Shown here one piece after another: positions 1 to 11,877 of a DNA stretch of 60,000 nt; positions within the stretch are counted from its first letter, which is position 1; every line of letters starts with the position of its first letter. A model generated the notes under the pieces. That model was not told where the DNA came from and searched no databases. It saw only the letters and a list, made by a program, of their open reading frames with translations. Source of the DNA: Camelus ferus. Its lineage: Eukaryota. Both the position numbers and the translations under genes were made by a program. The stretch covers positions 91,080,001 through 91,140,000 of the forward strand of contig NC_045697.1 in assembly GCF_009834535.1 (NCBI RefSeq), given 5' to 3'.

Positions 1-580
1 ATAACTCTGTTTATCCATTCCCTAACTTTCCCCTTAGGTAGCCATAAGTTTGTTTTCTATGTCTGTGAGTCTATTTCATAAATAAGTTCATTTGTGTCAT
101 TTTTTTTAGATTCTACATATAAGTGATATCATGTGATATTTGTCTTTCTCTGCCTGACTTACTTCACTTAGTGTGATAATCTCTAGGTCCAGAAATGTTG
201 CTGCAAATGGCATTCATTATTTTATTATTTTTGTGGCTAAGTAGTATTCCATTGTATATATATATACACCACATCTTCTTTATCCAGTCATCTGTCAGTG
301 GACATTTAGGTTGCTTCCATGTCTTGGCTATTGTAAATAGTGCTGCTATGAACATTGGGGTGCATGTATCTTTTTGAATTAGAGTTCCTTTCAGATATAT
401 GCCCAGGAGTGGGATTTCTGGATTATACAGTTAATCTATTTTTAGGTTTTTTTTAAGGACTCTCCATACTGTTTTCCATAGTGGCTGCCCAAATTACGTT
501 CCCACCAACAGTGTAGGAAGGTTCCCTTTTCTCCACACCCTCTCCAGCATTTATCGTTTGTGGGCTTTTTAATGATTGCA
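1..580 (-). mobile_element. LINE-1 3' fragment (ORF2 C-terminus plus 3' UTR), truncated by window edge
   Basis: Minus-strand ORF 164-355 reads MFIAALFTIAKTWKQPKCPLTDDWIKKMW, the L1 ORF2 C-terminal motif. Confidence 0.95.
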
Positions 581-780
581 GCCATCAACTTGGCCTAGCT
601 TTCAGCTCTGTGCGCCTTTTCAGTAGCTCATTTCTTTAACTTAGTCTCAGCTTTGGCACTCTCATACTCTCTGTCCCATAGTTTTCCTATGTGACATATG
701 ATCTCTGAATACATCTTTTCAGTTTCTACTCCCACTGATGACTCAAGGACCATGTTCCCTGTATTTCCCATTCAATTGCC

Positions 781-932
781 AGAAGGAGAAGGGGAAGGAG
801 TGAGAGTGGGAGAGAGGAAGGGAGAAAGAGAGAGAAAGGAAGGAAGAAAAGGAAGGAAGGAAGAAATGATAGGAGGGAGGGAAGGAAGAAAGAAAGGAAG
901 AAAGAAAGGAAGAAAGAAAGAGAAGAGAAGAG
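781..932 (+). repeat. Polypurine GA/GGAA/GAAA low-complexity tract
   Basis: Almost pure A/G run (gaaggaagaaagaaagg...). Confidence 0.9.
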
Positions 933-2139
933 TCTTATTGGCTTAATCACATAATCACATAGTCCCTGTCCCTGATTGAGCTTTGGAGGGCTGACCACTT
1001 CCCAGAGGCTGAGCCTGACTGTGATTGGGAGTCCTTGAGTCACTTTAATTTATTAAAGGCCTGCTCAGGGTGCTCCCCAGCCTAGACAGTGGGCACAGGT
1101 GTTCCTTTCAGGAGGGCTGTGGATATGAAAGGCACTGACTGACATTTTGCCACTTTCTCCATGCAAAGAAGGGCAGCAGGATTCTCTTAGGCTCGATAAT
1201 GCTAGATGTCCTGATGTCAGGGTACTACTGCCCTTGTGGGTTGCTTACACCCTGGTAAAAAATGAACTCTTTACCTCTTTTCTTTTTTGCAGAAATTCAG
1301 TCATGCAGCTTGGAGAATGCATTTCAGGGTGGTAATTTACACTCAATCTTCAGTGATTCCAGAGACTTGGAGAAAAGGGAATAGAACCTTCATTTGAACC
1401 ATGATGTCATGAGATTTTTTACAGCACAGGTTTGTTTGGGGGAGGGGAGTGGTTGGATTAGATTCCAGTCTCCTTGTTATAATCAAGTTTTCCTTAATAA
1501 GATCTGTCATATATTGTAATCTGAAGGCAGATTCTCAAGTGCCACCTCTAGGTGCTACCCCTAGGTCCCACAGTATATGCAGCAATGAGCAACTTACCTG
1601 TTGCCCAGTGATTTGGCAGCATCCCTGGATATTACAGCCAAGCCATCCGGAGCAGGGGCGGAGAGGGCACACAAGGTATGATGGCCAGATAGCTGCTGCA
1701 GTTTTTTGGCCTTCGCCTTTGCCTTTCTCTAGTCCTTTCGCTGTTCCACTGAGGGCATGTGGCAAAACCAGGTAGGCCCCACGAGGCAGCTTATCTGCTT
1801 TTGTTTACTTCCATTTGAGCAACCAAGAACCTGAGGAGCTCTTTCTTCTCTGCTGTGTGCCTCAGGAGAGCCTGAACATTGCCTCCATCTCTTCCACTTG
1901 TAGCCAGTCTCAGCCATAAAGTACTGATAGGAGTCTATTCACTGTGGGTGTAAGGATGAAACAGGGTGCAAACTATGGTTAGGTTTTAGTGGTGGTTGAG
2001 TCCCTTCAGCACATCTATAGGAATGTCCATTTATGGTGAATCTGGTCACTAATTGCACTGCTTTGTGGCATCACATTTATCATTATCTGATTTTTTAAAA
2101 AAAATGTATTATTTAATGTTTCCTAATGTTAAGTTTGAG

Positions 2140-2265
2140 CTCACTAATTAGACTGTAAGTTCCTTGAAAGAAAGAAGGGGCTTCTGTACTCCTAAGCATC
2201 TCCTGCAATGTCAAACATAGTCTTATACAAGGAGTGGGCCCTCAATAGATATTTGTTAAGTTGTT
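2140..2265 (+). mobile_element. L2 3' end fragment
   Basis: tagactgtaagttccttgaaag...ctcaatagatatttgtt resembles the L2 3' terminus. Confidence 0.7.
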
Positions 2266-2554
2266 TGCACTCAATCTCAATTCTATGTGCAGCTCAGGAG
2301 ATTTCTTATTAGGCTTCAAGGAGTCTAGATCTTTTCCTGTTATCTGTTTGGAAATCTGAAGGTACAGATTGATTTTGACCAACTTTCCAATTTCCACATT
2401 CTCTTGATCACTTCCGAAGAACAGCACCTTAGAGACAAGAGTTCTCTGGCACTCAGATACCCCAGTCTTCAATGGGATTCAAAATGTCTAGGAGTCTTCA
2501 GCCTTTGACTTTCCTCTTAGTTAACTTCCTCTTTTACCAAACAGTTCTCTCCTA

Positions 2555-2860
2555 TTAGGATAGGTGAAGTTATGCTGTGGTAACGATAGCTTCCAAAATT
2601 CAGTAAAGATTCTTCTGTCAGAGAGACTCTGGGACCTAACAGCAGATAGTCCGTCATCTCAGCATGTGTTGCCGGGATCACTGCAGGAGGGGAGTGAGCA
2701 TGGATAATTGTGTGCTAACACTTAACTAAGTCTTCCACTCAAAAGTGACACACTTTACATCTGATCATATTTCATTGGCCAAAGTATGTCACATGGCCAA
2801 GCTGATCTTCAAGGGGATGGAGAATTTCCATTCTGCCTTGTCCCTACCAGAGGAGAGAAC
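2555..2860 (-). mobile_element. Old MaLR LTR fragment (MLT1J/K/L-like)
   Basis: ttaggataggtgaagttatgctgtggtaac... and tttcattggccaaagtatgtcacatggcc are typical antisense MLT1 motifs. Confidence 0.65.
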
Positions 2861-3534
2861 CAGAAACAGTAGTGTCCTCCTTAGAGAGCTTGGAAGTTGC
2901 TGCCTTCTAGTTTGTTCTTTACTGAGGCATGGAACCCCTGAGACTAAATAGACATACATTGTTTTGGGGGTTTCACAGGAATTAAAAACCAAAATAAACC
3001 TGTAAAAATAATTCATGTCAATAAAAATTTTAAAAATATATTATGTAAGTATCAGGTTTTTTTTTTTTTCCTGGCAAATCAACGATCAGAAGTTATCAGC
3101 TCAACCCTTTCTGAATGTCATCTGTAGATAGATGGTTGATGTAAACGATCCCACATGTGTATCGTTTCCAGGCCTCATCGTGCTTCTGATGCTTCCTATG
3201 TGTCACAGTCACCTGAAGGCCCGACAACTCAAACACTCCTTCTCCAAAGAGCAGAGTCACTTTGGGCTGTGAGGATCCATGCTTTACTCCTGCCCTGTGC
3301 CTGATTAGACTGTTGGTTGCAGAGCAAGACCCCAGGTTCTTCAAAAGCAGGCAGGAGTTGACAAACTCACTCACTCGTCCTACATTCCTTACTCACTCAA
3401 TAATTCCCCTCCCTCCAAAGAATTAATTCTAACTATAAGAACAAGAAGTTTATTCACCAATATAATGAGTTTGGTAGTCAGTTCTCTTTTTAATACAAGT
3501 CAATGGGCTATTACTGTGACGTGCCAGATGAGAG

Positions 3535-3750
3535 CTAACCATGGTGTGACTGAAAGAGCCTCTGCATTAGTGTCTGAATATTGTTAGTCCCAGTTCTGCC
3601 ATGTTCTAGCTGCGTTACCTTGGAAAAGTCACTTGGCTTCTCTGAGCCTTCATTGGCGAGATAAGAATAATTGTATTTACCTTCCAGGATGGAGTTTCCT
3701 GTCTATAAAATAAAGATTATATCTACTTCTCAGGGTTGTGGGGATTTAAA
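3535..3750 (+). mobile_element. MIR SINE
   Basis: ctagctgcgttaccttggaaaagtcacttggcttctctgagcc core. Confidence 0.75.
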
Positions 3751-4327
3751 TTATTTTGACAAAGATAATTTCTGGGCAATATATACGTATAAGTATGTAT
3801 ATCCCAAGCTGGAAACTTCTTCCCTTGTTTTTTGCTTGCTAATTAAGAGTCATAAATAAAATGCTGACGAGCTGCAGTCTGCCGTCTGTGCTGTAGCTGG
3901 AGGGCTGTTTTGACTTTGCCTGACAAATGGCTAACCAGCCGCTCCCACCATGCCCAACTCAAGTGTTCAGCACTGAGAAATCCAGCTACTGCCAACAGCA
4001 TCTTATAAACTTGTCACTGTTTACTTACTTGGTGACAGTGTTTTTGTTCACTGATCATCCCTGAGATTTCACCCATCAGGGTGTGTCTGTTTCCCTCAAA
4101 ATGCCAAAATGCCATTTAAACACAATCATTTCTCAAACCACATGAAAATAGTGATGATCCCTAAATGAGACTTAGTGCCTTTGCAATTCATCCCCATTGC
4201 AGTGTAGCTGGGGTGGGATGTTGTCTTTACAAAGCAGTCGCTGGACATGCATGGGGCTTTTCTAAATGGACAGAAACTTCAGAGCTGCTTCAATACCCTA
4301 CTAGCCAAGACTTCCAGGTAACCAGCT

Positions 4328-4536
4328 GAGTGGTATGCCGGAGACAGCTTATACCAGCTTGAAAGAACTGACTGTTAAATTTTCAGGAATTTTGCAAGGT
4401 GGTTTATGTCATGCTGGTAGATTGGAACCAGCTGTGGTGGGAGTGTTGACACAATGAAAATTGGCAAACACTGCAAAATCAGGCTTTTTTTTTCTCCCAG
4501 AGAGCTGGTTGCTAAATGTTTACCAGCTCACCATTC
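4328..4536 (+). mobile_element. MER63A-like hAT-Blackjack MITE
   Basis: Ends agtggtatgccgg / ccagctcaccatt; internal ctgttaaattttcaggaattttgcaag and ggcaaacactgcaaaatcagg. Confidence 0.7.
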
Positions 4537-5189
4537 TACAGTATGACCAAGTCTTTGTGTACCTGGGTCAAACCCAAATGTGACTGAGGATGGGAGAAGG
4601 GACATTGCAAATCAGAAGTATAAATAAAACCATGGTGCTGAATTCAGGGAGAAAGAGACCTAACTTTTATTGAGCCTGTGCTGTGTGCCAGGGTGTACTG
4701 TAGTCTAGATTGGGATTGATACATATCAGCAGGTGTTTAGCAAATTAATGGGGTGGGCCTACCAAAAAATGTGTTCATGTGAAGAACAGAGAGACTTCCA
4801 GAGCCTAATTCAAACCTGGTTGTGGGAGAGGAGGGACAATGTGAGGTATAGCATGGTGCTTTTCCCTCAGGTTTCAATCCAGGCACAGACTGAGAGTGGT
4901 GGAGGCTGGGTTGAGGAAAGACTAAGTAAAACCTGAAAAGGCTGTTTCAGCAGGACTGTAGTATAAGGCAGCATGTTTGGACTTGGCATCTTGTTTGTTC
5001 CAGGATCTTGCAGGGACAGCAGAGTCTTGGCTGACTCCCTGGAGATCAGTGAGGTGGGCCCACTCATGAGCACTTTTTCAAAAGTACTTTGACGAGGGTC
5101 ACCATCTTGTGTGAACAGATAGGGACGAGGGCCAGTGAATTTATTTATGTGACCTCATATGTACATGAGCTGATAAGGCAAGGGGGAAA

Positions 5190-5370
5190 CTGGCAGCACA
5201 TATATTTTCTCAATGTGTTCTCACAACAACCATATGAGAAAGGCATTATTATATCCATCTTATGGATGAAGAAACTAAGGATCAGAGAGCTTGAGCCATT
5301 TGCCCGTTATGAAAGGCAGAAAGTAAGTGGCAGATATGAGGTTCAAAGGTGGGATTGTCTGACTTCAAAC
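5190..5370 (-). mobile_element. MIR SINE
   Basis: ccatcttatggatgaagaaactaagg antisense core. Confidence 0.75.
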
Positions 5371-5399
5371 ACCCTCACAGCCTCTATGACTTCCTACGC

Positions 5400-6020
5400 T
5401 GTGTCTCTACATAGTCTTCTGTCCTTTCCTTTTTTCTGGTCTTGGGGAAAGTGTTGTCTCTCCTCTCTCTAAGGCCAACCTTTTCACTTGTGTCCACAAA
5501 TTCTGTACCCTCCCAGTTCCTGCTCCAGAGTCTTTATAAAGCCCCTCGCCCTTGCTCTGTTGTGCATCCTTGATGTGTTCCTCATCACAAACTTCTTTCC
5601 ATCTATCACCTGACATGAGTGGCTGTGGGGTGTCTTTCTCAGTCTTCTCTCCCTTAGCCTTTCAGCCACATTGAACACAGTTCAAATTCTTCTTTATTCT
5701 TGAAACGTTCCACTCCTAGCTTCTATGACTTGCTTGTTTTTCTGTTCCCTCTCTGGTTACTCCTCTGGCCACTTCTGGCTCTTCTCCCTTTTCTTAATCC
5801 TTGAACTCTAGGCATTACTCCAAGAATCTGGTGTTGGTTCTCTTCTCTTATTCAGTCTTTACCCTTTGAGGTTCCCTTTGGCCTAGGCTCTCTACACAGA
5901 CAGTCTGAAATCAATAATCCACAGGTCTGATTGGGAAATGAGTAGAAGTAACTTGGCAGGATCTCTAGGGCCAAGAGCAATCTCTGGCGTGGAGTAAGCA
6001 CTCAGTCAATAAATAAATGG
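5400..6020 (+). mobile_element. L2 fragments
   Basis: Pyrimidine-rich L2 body (ttcttgaaacgttccactcctagcttctatgac) and an L2-type tail near 5990-6020. Confidence 0.55.
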
Positions 6021-7282
6021 ATTTCCAATGAAGATAACATTGTGGACAGAGCTTCAGCATATGTGTATTGATTTATTTGAAGGCTACCCCTCTTTAGGCT
6101 CTGAACCCATCAAAGTCAGGAACTGTACCTTCCCCCCACTTCTGACTCCCTGATCCAGCAAAATACATAATAGCTGTTCAATAAGTGTTTGCTGAATGAA
6201 TGAATGAGTCCAAGTTTGCTGATAATTAGGTGCAGAACTGTGGCAGTCCTGGAATTTAGACTTTCTTCTGTGTGTGGTGAGCTTGGAGCCATCCAAGGTT
6301 TTTTCTCATTTGAGTAACTCAGTTGGATCTGAGCTCCAGGATGACTCATCTGGCTGCAGTCCATGTTCAAAACCTTGCACCATCTTCCTCCCCTGCCCCT
6401 GCTATTCTATCTCTAATCAGTGATCCTATCTTGTCAGTTTTACTTCAGAATATGGCTTTATGGCTTGTATCTGTGTTTTTGTTTCTATTCTCATGGCCAC
6501 CTCCCAAGGTCAGCCCTAATTACCTCCTGTCTGGACTTCAGTGCTGATCACTCCCATTCCAATCACTGTTCTGTATGCCACAGGCTTTGGCTGTTCTACT
6601 AATGGGTGGCTCTGTGTTTGAAAAAAAAAAAAAAAAAGAAAAAGAAAAGAAAAGATAACAAAGCTGAATTGGGTTTGGGAAAACAAGGCTAAAGAAGGCT
6701 AACATAACTCTCCATTTTTTGCCTTTAATCCTGTAGGCCCTTTAAATCTTCTGGCTGCTTTGGGTTCTACCCTTGAGTTGTCTGAGTGGCTTAATCCCCT
6801 CATTGCTTCCTATAACAAAGACTAGCATCCCATCCCCACAATAAAGCCAAGTTATAGGAGAAAGAGTGGACCATTGGAAAGGTTGTGCTTGTGACTGTTG
6901 GAAATGGAAGAAAAATACTTTAGGAAAGGGAGGACAAGGAAAGGGAAAAAGTAAAAGAGGAGGTAGGGAGAAGGTCTTTGAGATAATATTTCTAGAAGGA
7001 TGAAAAAAAGAGGGGTAGAAGACAAGAGCTGAGCTCCTACCAGTTTTTCATACCATTTGGGGTAAATAGGCCCTTTCTGAAAATACTTTCTTAGAACTTT
7101 GTGGGTCTGGAGTTTATCTTAATGAAATAGTGAGCTAATGGACTTGAGGGGACCTCTTTGGGGACTCCTACACTTAAAAAATTTGGGTCAGTGTTACACA
7201 AAGTGTGATATGCCTTCTGCAAGGAATTAAGTATAAAAATGACAGTAAGTATTTAGAAACCTTTTAGTAATTATACATTGCC

Positions 7283-7482
7283 ACTGTGATGTGCTGGAGG
7301 TGGTTAGAGAGAGCCAATTTTGGGCATCTTTTCGCATCTCTGTGGCTCAGTGACTTCAAGTAGGTAGCTTGAAGTCAGTCGTGGTAGGAAATTTTTTTAT
7401 CTTACAAATGGGCAAATGCTACAAATCAGGACTCCTCCCACCCACAAGAATCAGGGGCTGAACACTTACCAGCACATCACTG
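7283..7482 (+). mobile_element. MER63A-like hAT-Blackjack MITE (second copy)
   Basis: Terminal inverted repeats gtgatgtgctgg / ccagcacatcactg; ggcaaatgctacaaatcagg shared with the 4328 copy. Confidence 0.7.
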
Positions 7483-7853
7483 CCTGGCTGCCATATCTGC
7501 ACACCTGATCAGGAGACACTGTTGAATAGAGTTGTTAAATTTGCACAGTGAGTTGCTTGTGGGTGCTGCCGCCTACTCAACATGGTAAGATTATCTATCT
7601 GTCAGCAAAGGAATGGGGGAAAACTGGTTCTTCACCATAGGGAATTTGAAATACACTGCCTTGGATCATTTTCAGCTTGTTCAAGTATTCCTAGAGGGCT
7701 CCATGATAACCAAATAGAACAGCGCATTGGTTTAGAAACTTGCCACTCCAGGTTTCAAGCACTCTAGGACAGTTAGGACCCAAGGTAGCATAGGATCCAG
7801 GTAGCAGGTTGAGCCAGGGCAGGGAAGTTATATGTGAAACAGATGAAGGTGTA

Positions 7854-8219
7854 TGTATTAGTCTACTAGGGCTGCTATAACCAAATACCACAGACTGGAT
7901 GGCTTAAACAACAGAAATTTATTCTTTCACAGTTCTGGAGGCTGCAAGTCCATGATCAAGGTGTTGGCAGGTTTGGTTTCTCCTGAGTTCTCTCTCCTTG
8001 GCTTGCAGATTGCTGCCTTCTTTCTGTGTCCTGACTTGTTCTTTCCTCTGTGCTTGGGCATCTCTGTTGTTTCTTCTTTTTCTTATAAAGACATTGGATT
8101 AGGGGCCCACCTTTATGACCTGAATTACTTCTTTTAAGGCCCTATCTCTAAATACTATGACACTGGGGGTTAGGTGTTTGGCTCATGAATTTCAGGGGGA
8201 CACAATTCCTTCTATAACA
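7854..8219 (-). mobile_element. MLT1A-like MaLR solo LTR
   Basis: TG...CA ends; ctgctataaccaaataccacagactggatggcttaaacaacagaaatttatt; near 5-bp TSD gtgta/gtgtg. Confidence 0.9.
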
Positions 8220-8899
8220 GTGTGTCACTGTCAACTGTGCTAGTGCTGCATTCCAGTCAAGCACATGTAATGACATAGGACCTTGGAGACCTTGCATCCA
8301 CTCCAGGGATACGTTCTCACTTCTCCTGGATGCCCCTTCCACTTTCCAGCAATCTCCAACCTCCTCAAGTGCTACCCCTCTGTCAGTTCCCACCTCAAGT
8401 CCCATCTCTCCAATCTAATCTTCTCTCACCCCTCCTGATTGGAGAGAAGTCTCTCTCACCTGACTCATCCTAGCACTTTTGCTCTGTATTGTTAAGTTGG
8501 TAATGAATCTCATCAAGCTTTGCAAGGCCTGTCCTGGCATCATACCAGTGTATACACGGTGTGTATTTAGGGCTTGTCTACTTAGCTAGATTATAGGTAC
8601 CTTGAGAAATGGACATTTTACTCTTCTCAACACCCAACCTCTTCCATTTAGTAATTAATTAGCTGTGTGTCTTTTATAGAGTAAGAAGTCAATAAATATC
8701 ACAAAAATGATGTACTTTTTCCTGAAATGGTTAAGGTCATTATATAGTCATAGGTATATGTGGAATCCAACTCATAATAGTGAGCTCTGAGGGGTATTTT
8801 TCTCCTAATTGTGGATATCAAGCTAGATTTTTCTTGTAAGTGCTCCTGGAATATCATTTGCAGATGCCATTGTTCTGGTGAGTTATCATGACTTGTAAC

Positions 8900-9100
8900 T
8901 CTGACTCTGGTGTAAAAGAACTGGATTCGAGTTCTGGTTTTCCCAGGTACCAGCTGTCTGGCCTTGGATAAATTATCTAAACTCTCTAAGGCTCAGTTTC
9001 TTCATCTGTAAAATGGGAGTAATAATAATACCTTATTTCACGGAGTGGTGACATGGGAGTGAAACAGAAGCAGTAGCACTCAATGACTAGTGAATGTTCA
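8900..9100 (+). mobile_element. MIR SINE
   Basis: ctcagtttcttcatctgtaaaatgggagtaataata core. Confidence 0.85.
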
Positions 9101-9958
9101 TCATTAATATTGTTCTGGTTCACAGAGATAAAAAAATGTGGAAACCTTAACCATTGCTATCATGTCCACTCCTCTGAACCAGGAATAACTTGGAAAGAGA
9201 AACACTTGCACACAATCAGAGGGCCAGCCATGCAAATAGTCCATTTAGTGCCCAGTGTCATGTGCTCCTGGGTTAAGGATATTGTGAAGAACCCAGAAGG
9301 AACACTTACCCATCTATAATGATTTGACTTCTAAACAACCTTTGACCTTACATTGTCATCAACCCCCTCCCCAAGTCCCACTTCCCTTTGTAAAGCATAA
9401 AACATTTTAACATACAAAACACTGTGTATTGAGTTTTGTTATTCTGGAGCCAGTCGGGTTGCACAGGAAGTACATCATTAACTGGAGAGAAGTCAGCAGG
9501 ACATTTGTCCCGAAGTTAATGATAAAATAAAGTTAAACCATATTTAATGTTTTCTCAGAGATGTTCAAGAAAAACAGCTTTAGTGGAAGAAGAGGAAAGT
9601 CATGCAGGAACAACCCCCTGACCCCCCACTCCCCAGCCCCAGAGTCTCATTAGACCTTCTAAGTGCTCCAGAGCAAGCTTAGGCGGAAAGGCCCCTGTAG
9701 GGAGAGCAGGAGGGTGGTGAGTGGGAAGACAGTGCAATCCTGTGCTTCCCTAGGGCAGCCCGTGCAAAACAGAGACCTCTAAAAAGGCTCGAAGTAGCTT
9801 GTCAGCTTTTCTGCGTGTTGTAACAAATTAGACATACATCCCAAAAGGTATACTGCAATATTAAAGTGCATTTATATACACTGTAGTCTCCCTTGTGTGT
9901 CCTGGCAGGCACATGCGTGGCTGGGAAGTGTCTGTGGGTTGATTCCTTTGTGAATTAC

Positions 9959-10040
9959 ATGGAGCTGACACGGCTGAAACCCACAATGACCCAGACGAGG
10001 ACAGAAGCTTGTGCTGGAAGAGAGGCTGCCGCGCCTATGT
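9959..10040 (+). other. Candidate first coding exon (MELTRLKPTMTQTRTEACAGREAAAPM + phase-1 donor), gene unidentified
   Basis: ATG at 9959, open frame up to GTAAGT at 10041; TATA-like tttatata at about 9871; local CpG retention; no repeat recognised. Confidence 0.25.
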
Positions 10041-10919
10041 GTAAGTAAGTAATGTCAATCCCCACTGAGCAGTGTGGCGCAAAATTATTAAGGCTGCTTC
10101 CTGAAGAAACTTCTAATGCAGTGTGTAATGAAAATGTCAGGTGCAGTGAGTTATTAGGTGCTACCCTGCTGTTCTCAAGTGCCAGGTATTTCTCTACCTG
10201 TTATCCAAGCAGGCGAGTCTTGTGGGGCTGGCTGTTCTAGCCTAAGGAGAGCATCAGCAGTTATTTGTGCTGAGAAGGATCATAAAGTGAGTGGTGACAA
10301 TAAAACTGATAGGAGGAGCCTGAGGAAATGGTGGGAGGTGTGTGGTGCAGGTGATGTGAAGAGGGGAGCCATGGTGAAGGTGTGTTGAAAGAGGACACTG
10401 ACTGGGGTACGACTCTGAGTAATGTTACAGCCCAAATCACCTGGCCCTGTGGATTTGAAAATCATTCTCAGGGCAGCTCTTATTATTAGGCATTCAGATG
10501 GGATCATTGCAGAAAGGAATATGGTTTTGCTTATTTATTTCCATAGTCATTCTAGATATGTAAGCTCAGTGTTTGGCATTTATTTATGTTTGTTATTTAT
10601 TTTGGATCTAGTAGAAGTTTGCATATCTCTGACTTGTGTGATGCTTATCTCAGCCTGATTCTTGGAGTCTCTCTGGCTTCCCCTATTCCCTTGGTTATGT
10701 CCAGTCATTGTCAAATAGCTCTGGGTGAGTTAATCTTTCTTAGTCTCCATTTCCTTGGGTTCTACCTTTGTTGTGTCCCTAGTAGTCTGTCCTGTTTTCT
10801 CTTTGCCACTCCCCTTGCCTGTATTCTGCCTTGTTTAGCTGCTTTACCTCTTTCTTGGACAGCCCCAGTCTCCCTCCTCCCCCCCTCTTCCCCTTTGACT
10901 TTCCTACCCAGAGCACAGT

Positions 10920-11150
10920 AGGAGGAACAGCTAACACCATTTACTAGATGCTTTTTCTGTGCCAAGCCCTGGAATGTGTGTGTTACGTATATTATTTCTA
11001 ATGTTTCGGTGACCCTGGAGGTGGTACAATCACGTCTGTTGTACAGCTTGGGAGGCTCCAAAAGGTCATGATGTGCTCACACCAGCTAGTGAGGGCCACG
11101 GCTAGAGTTATAACCTAGGGCTGATGGACCCCACAGTGCATGCTAGTCCC
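10920..11150 (-). mobile_element. MIR SINE
   Basis: ccatttactagatgctttttctgtgccaagccct antisense tail with a degenerate core. Confidence 0.6.
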
Positions 11151-11783
11151 TATGCATGTTGCTTTCTCTGCTCAGAAATCTTCAGTGGCTCCCACTGCCT
11201 AATTAATAGATCAACCAGGCTCTTTTTTTTTTTTTTTTTTTTTTGAGTCCAGGCTCTTTCATCTCAGCATTCAAGGCCTCCTAAAATCTAGTTTACTATG
11301 TTTCTAGGCTTTCCTACCAACTCCTGGTGGGAGAGCACACCCTACTCTTCAGCCGAAAAACCCAAACAGCCAAACAAACAAGAAGTTCATTTTTATTTAC
11401 ACACATGCCTTCTTTCCTAAGTGATTTTATACATGCTTTTTCTCTTGCCTGCTGCAGAGAATTTGTCATTCCTTCCTCTGTGTAAGTAAGTGTTACCCAA
11501 GAAAACATTGAACAGGGTTGGGCTAGAGATCCATTTATTTCCTGGTTCACAAAGGGTATATTGGATCTTTATTAAATAGTCTAAAATGTTCTTTCAATAA
11601 TGTTTTTCTTTAATATCTTTTTAAAAGACATTTAAAGTGAATCAGAAAGCAATTAAATGATTAATTGCTGCAGCCAGATTCTGCTGCCCTCAGCCTCTGT
11701 GGGTGCTATCTGACCGATTAACCTCTGTTTCTGAGCCCTGTCTGATTGAGGAAGGCAATGACGGAAAACGCTTGGCCTATCAC

Positions 11784-11877
11784 ATGACTGATCGTTGCTG
11801 TCATGAGCCATCGTTTTCTAACTGCAAGCTTTCATTTTCAAAGCCCTGGCATGATTTCAGGAGCTGTAAACCCTCAT
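11784..11877 (+). other. Candidate first coding exon (MTDRCCHEPSFSNCKLSFSKPWHDFRSCKPS + phase-1 donor), gene unidentified
   Basis: ATG at 11784, open frame up to GTGAGT at 11878 (GTAAGT follows at 11882); local CpG retention. Confidence 0.22.

Noticed and set aside
698..1043. ORFs rich in E/G/K/R or F/L/S/P
   Set aside because: Artefacts of the GA-rich tract
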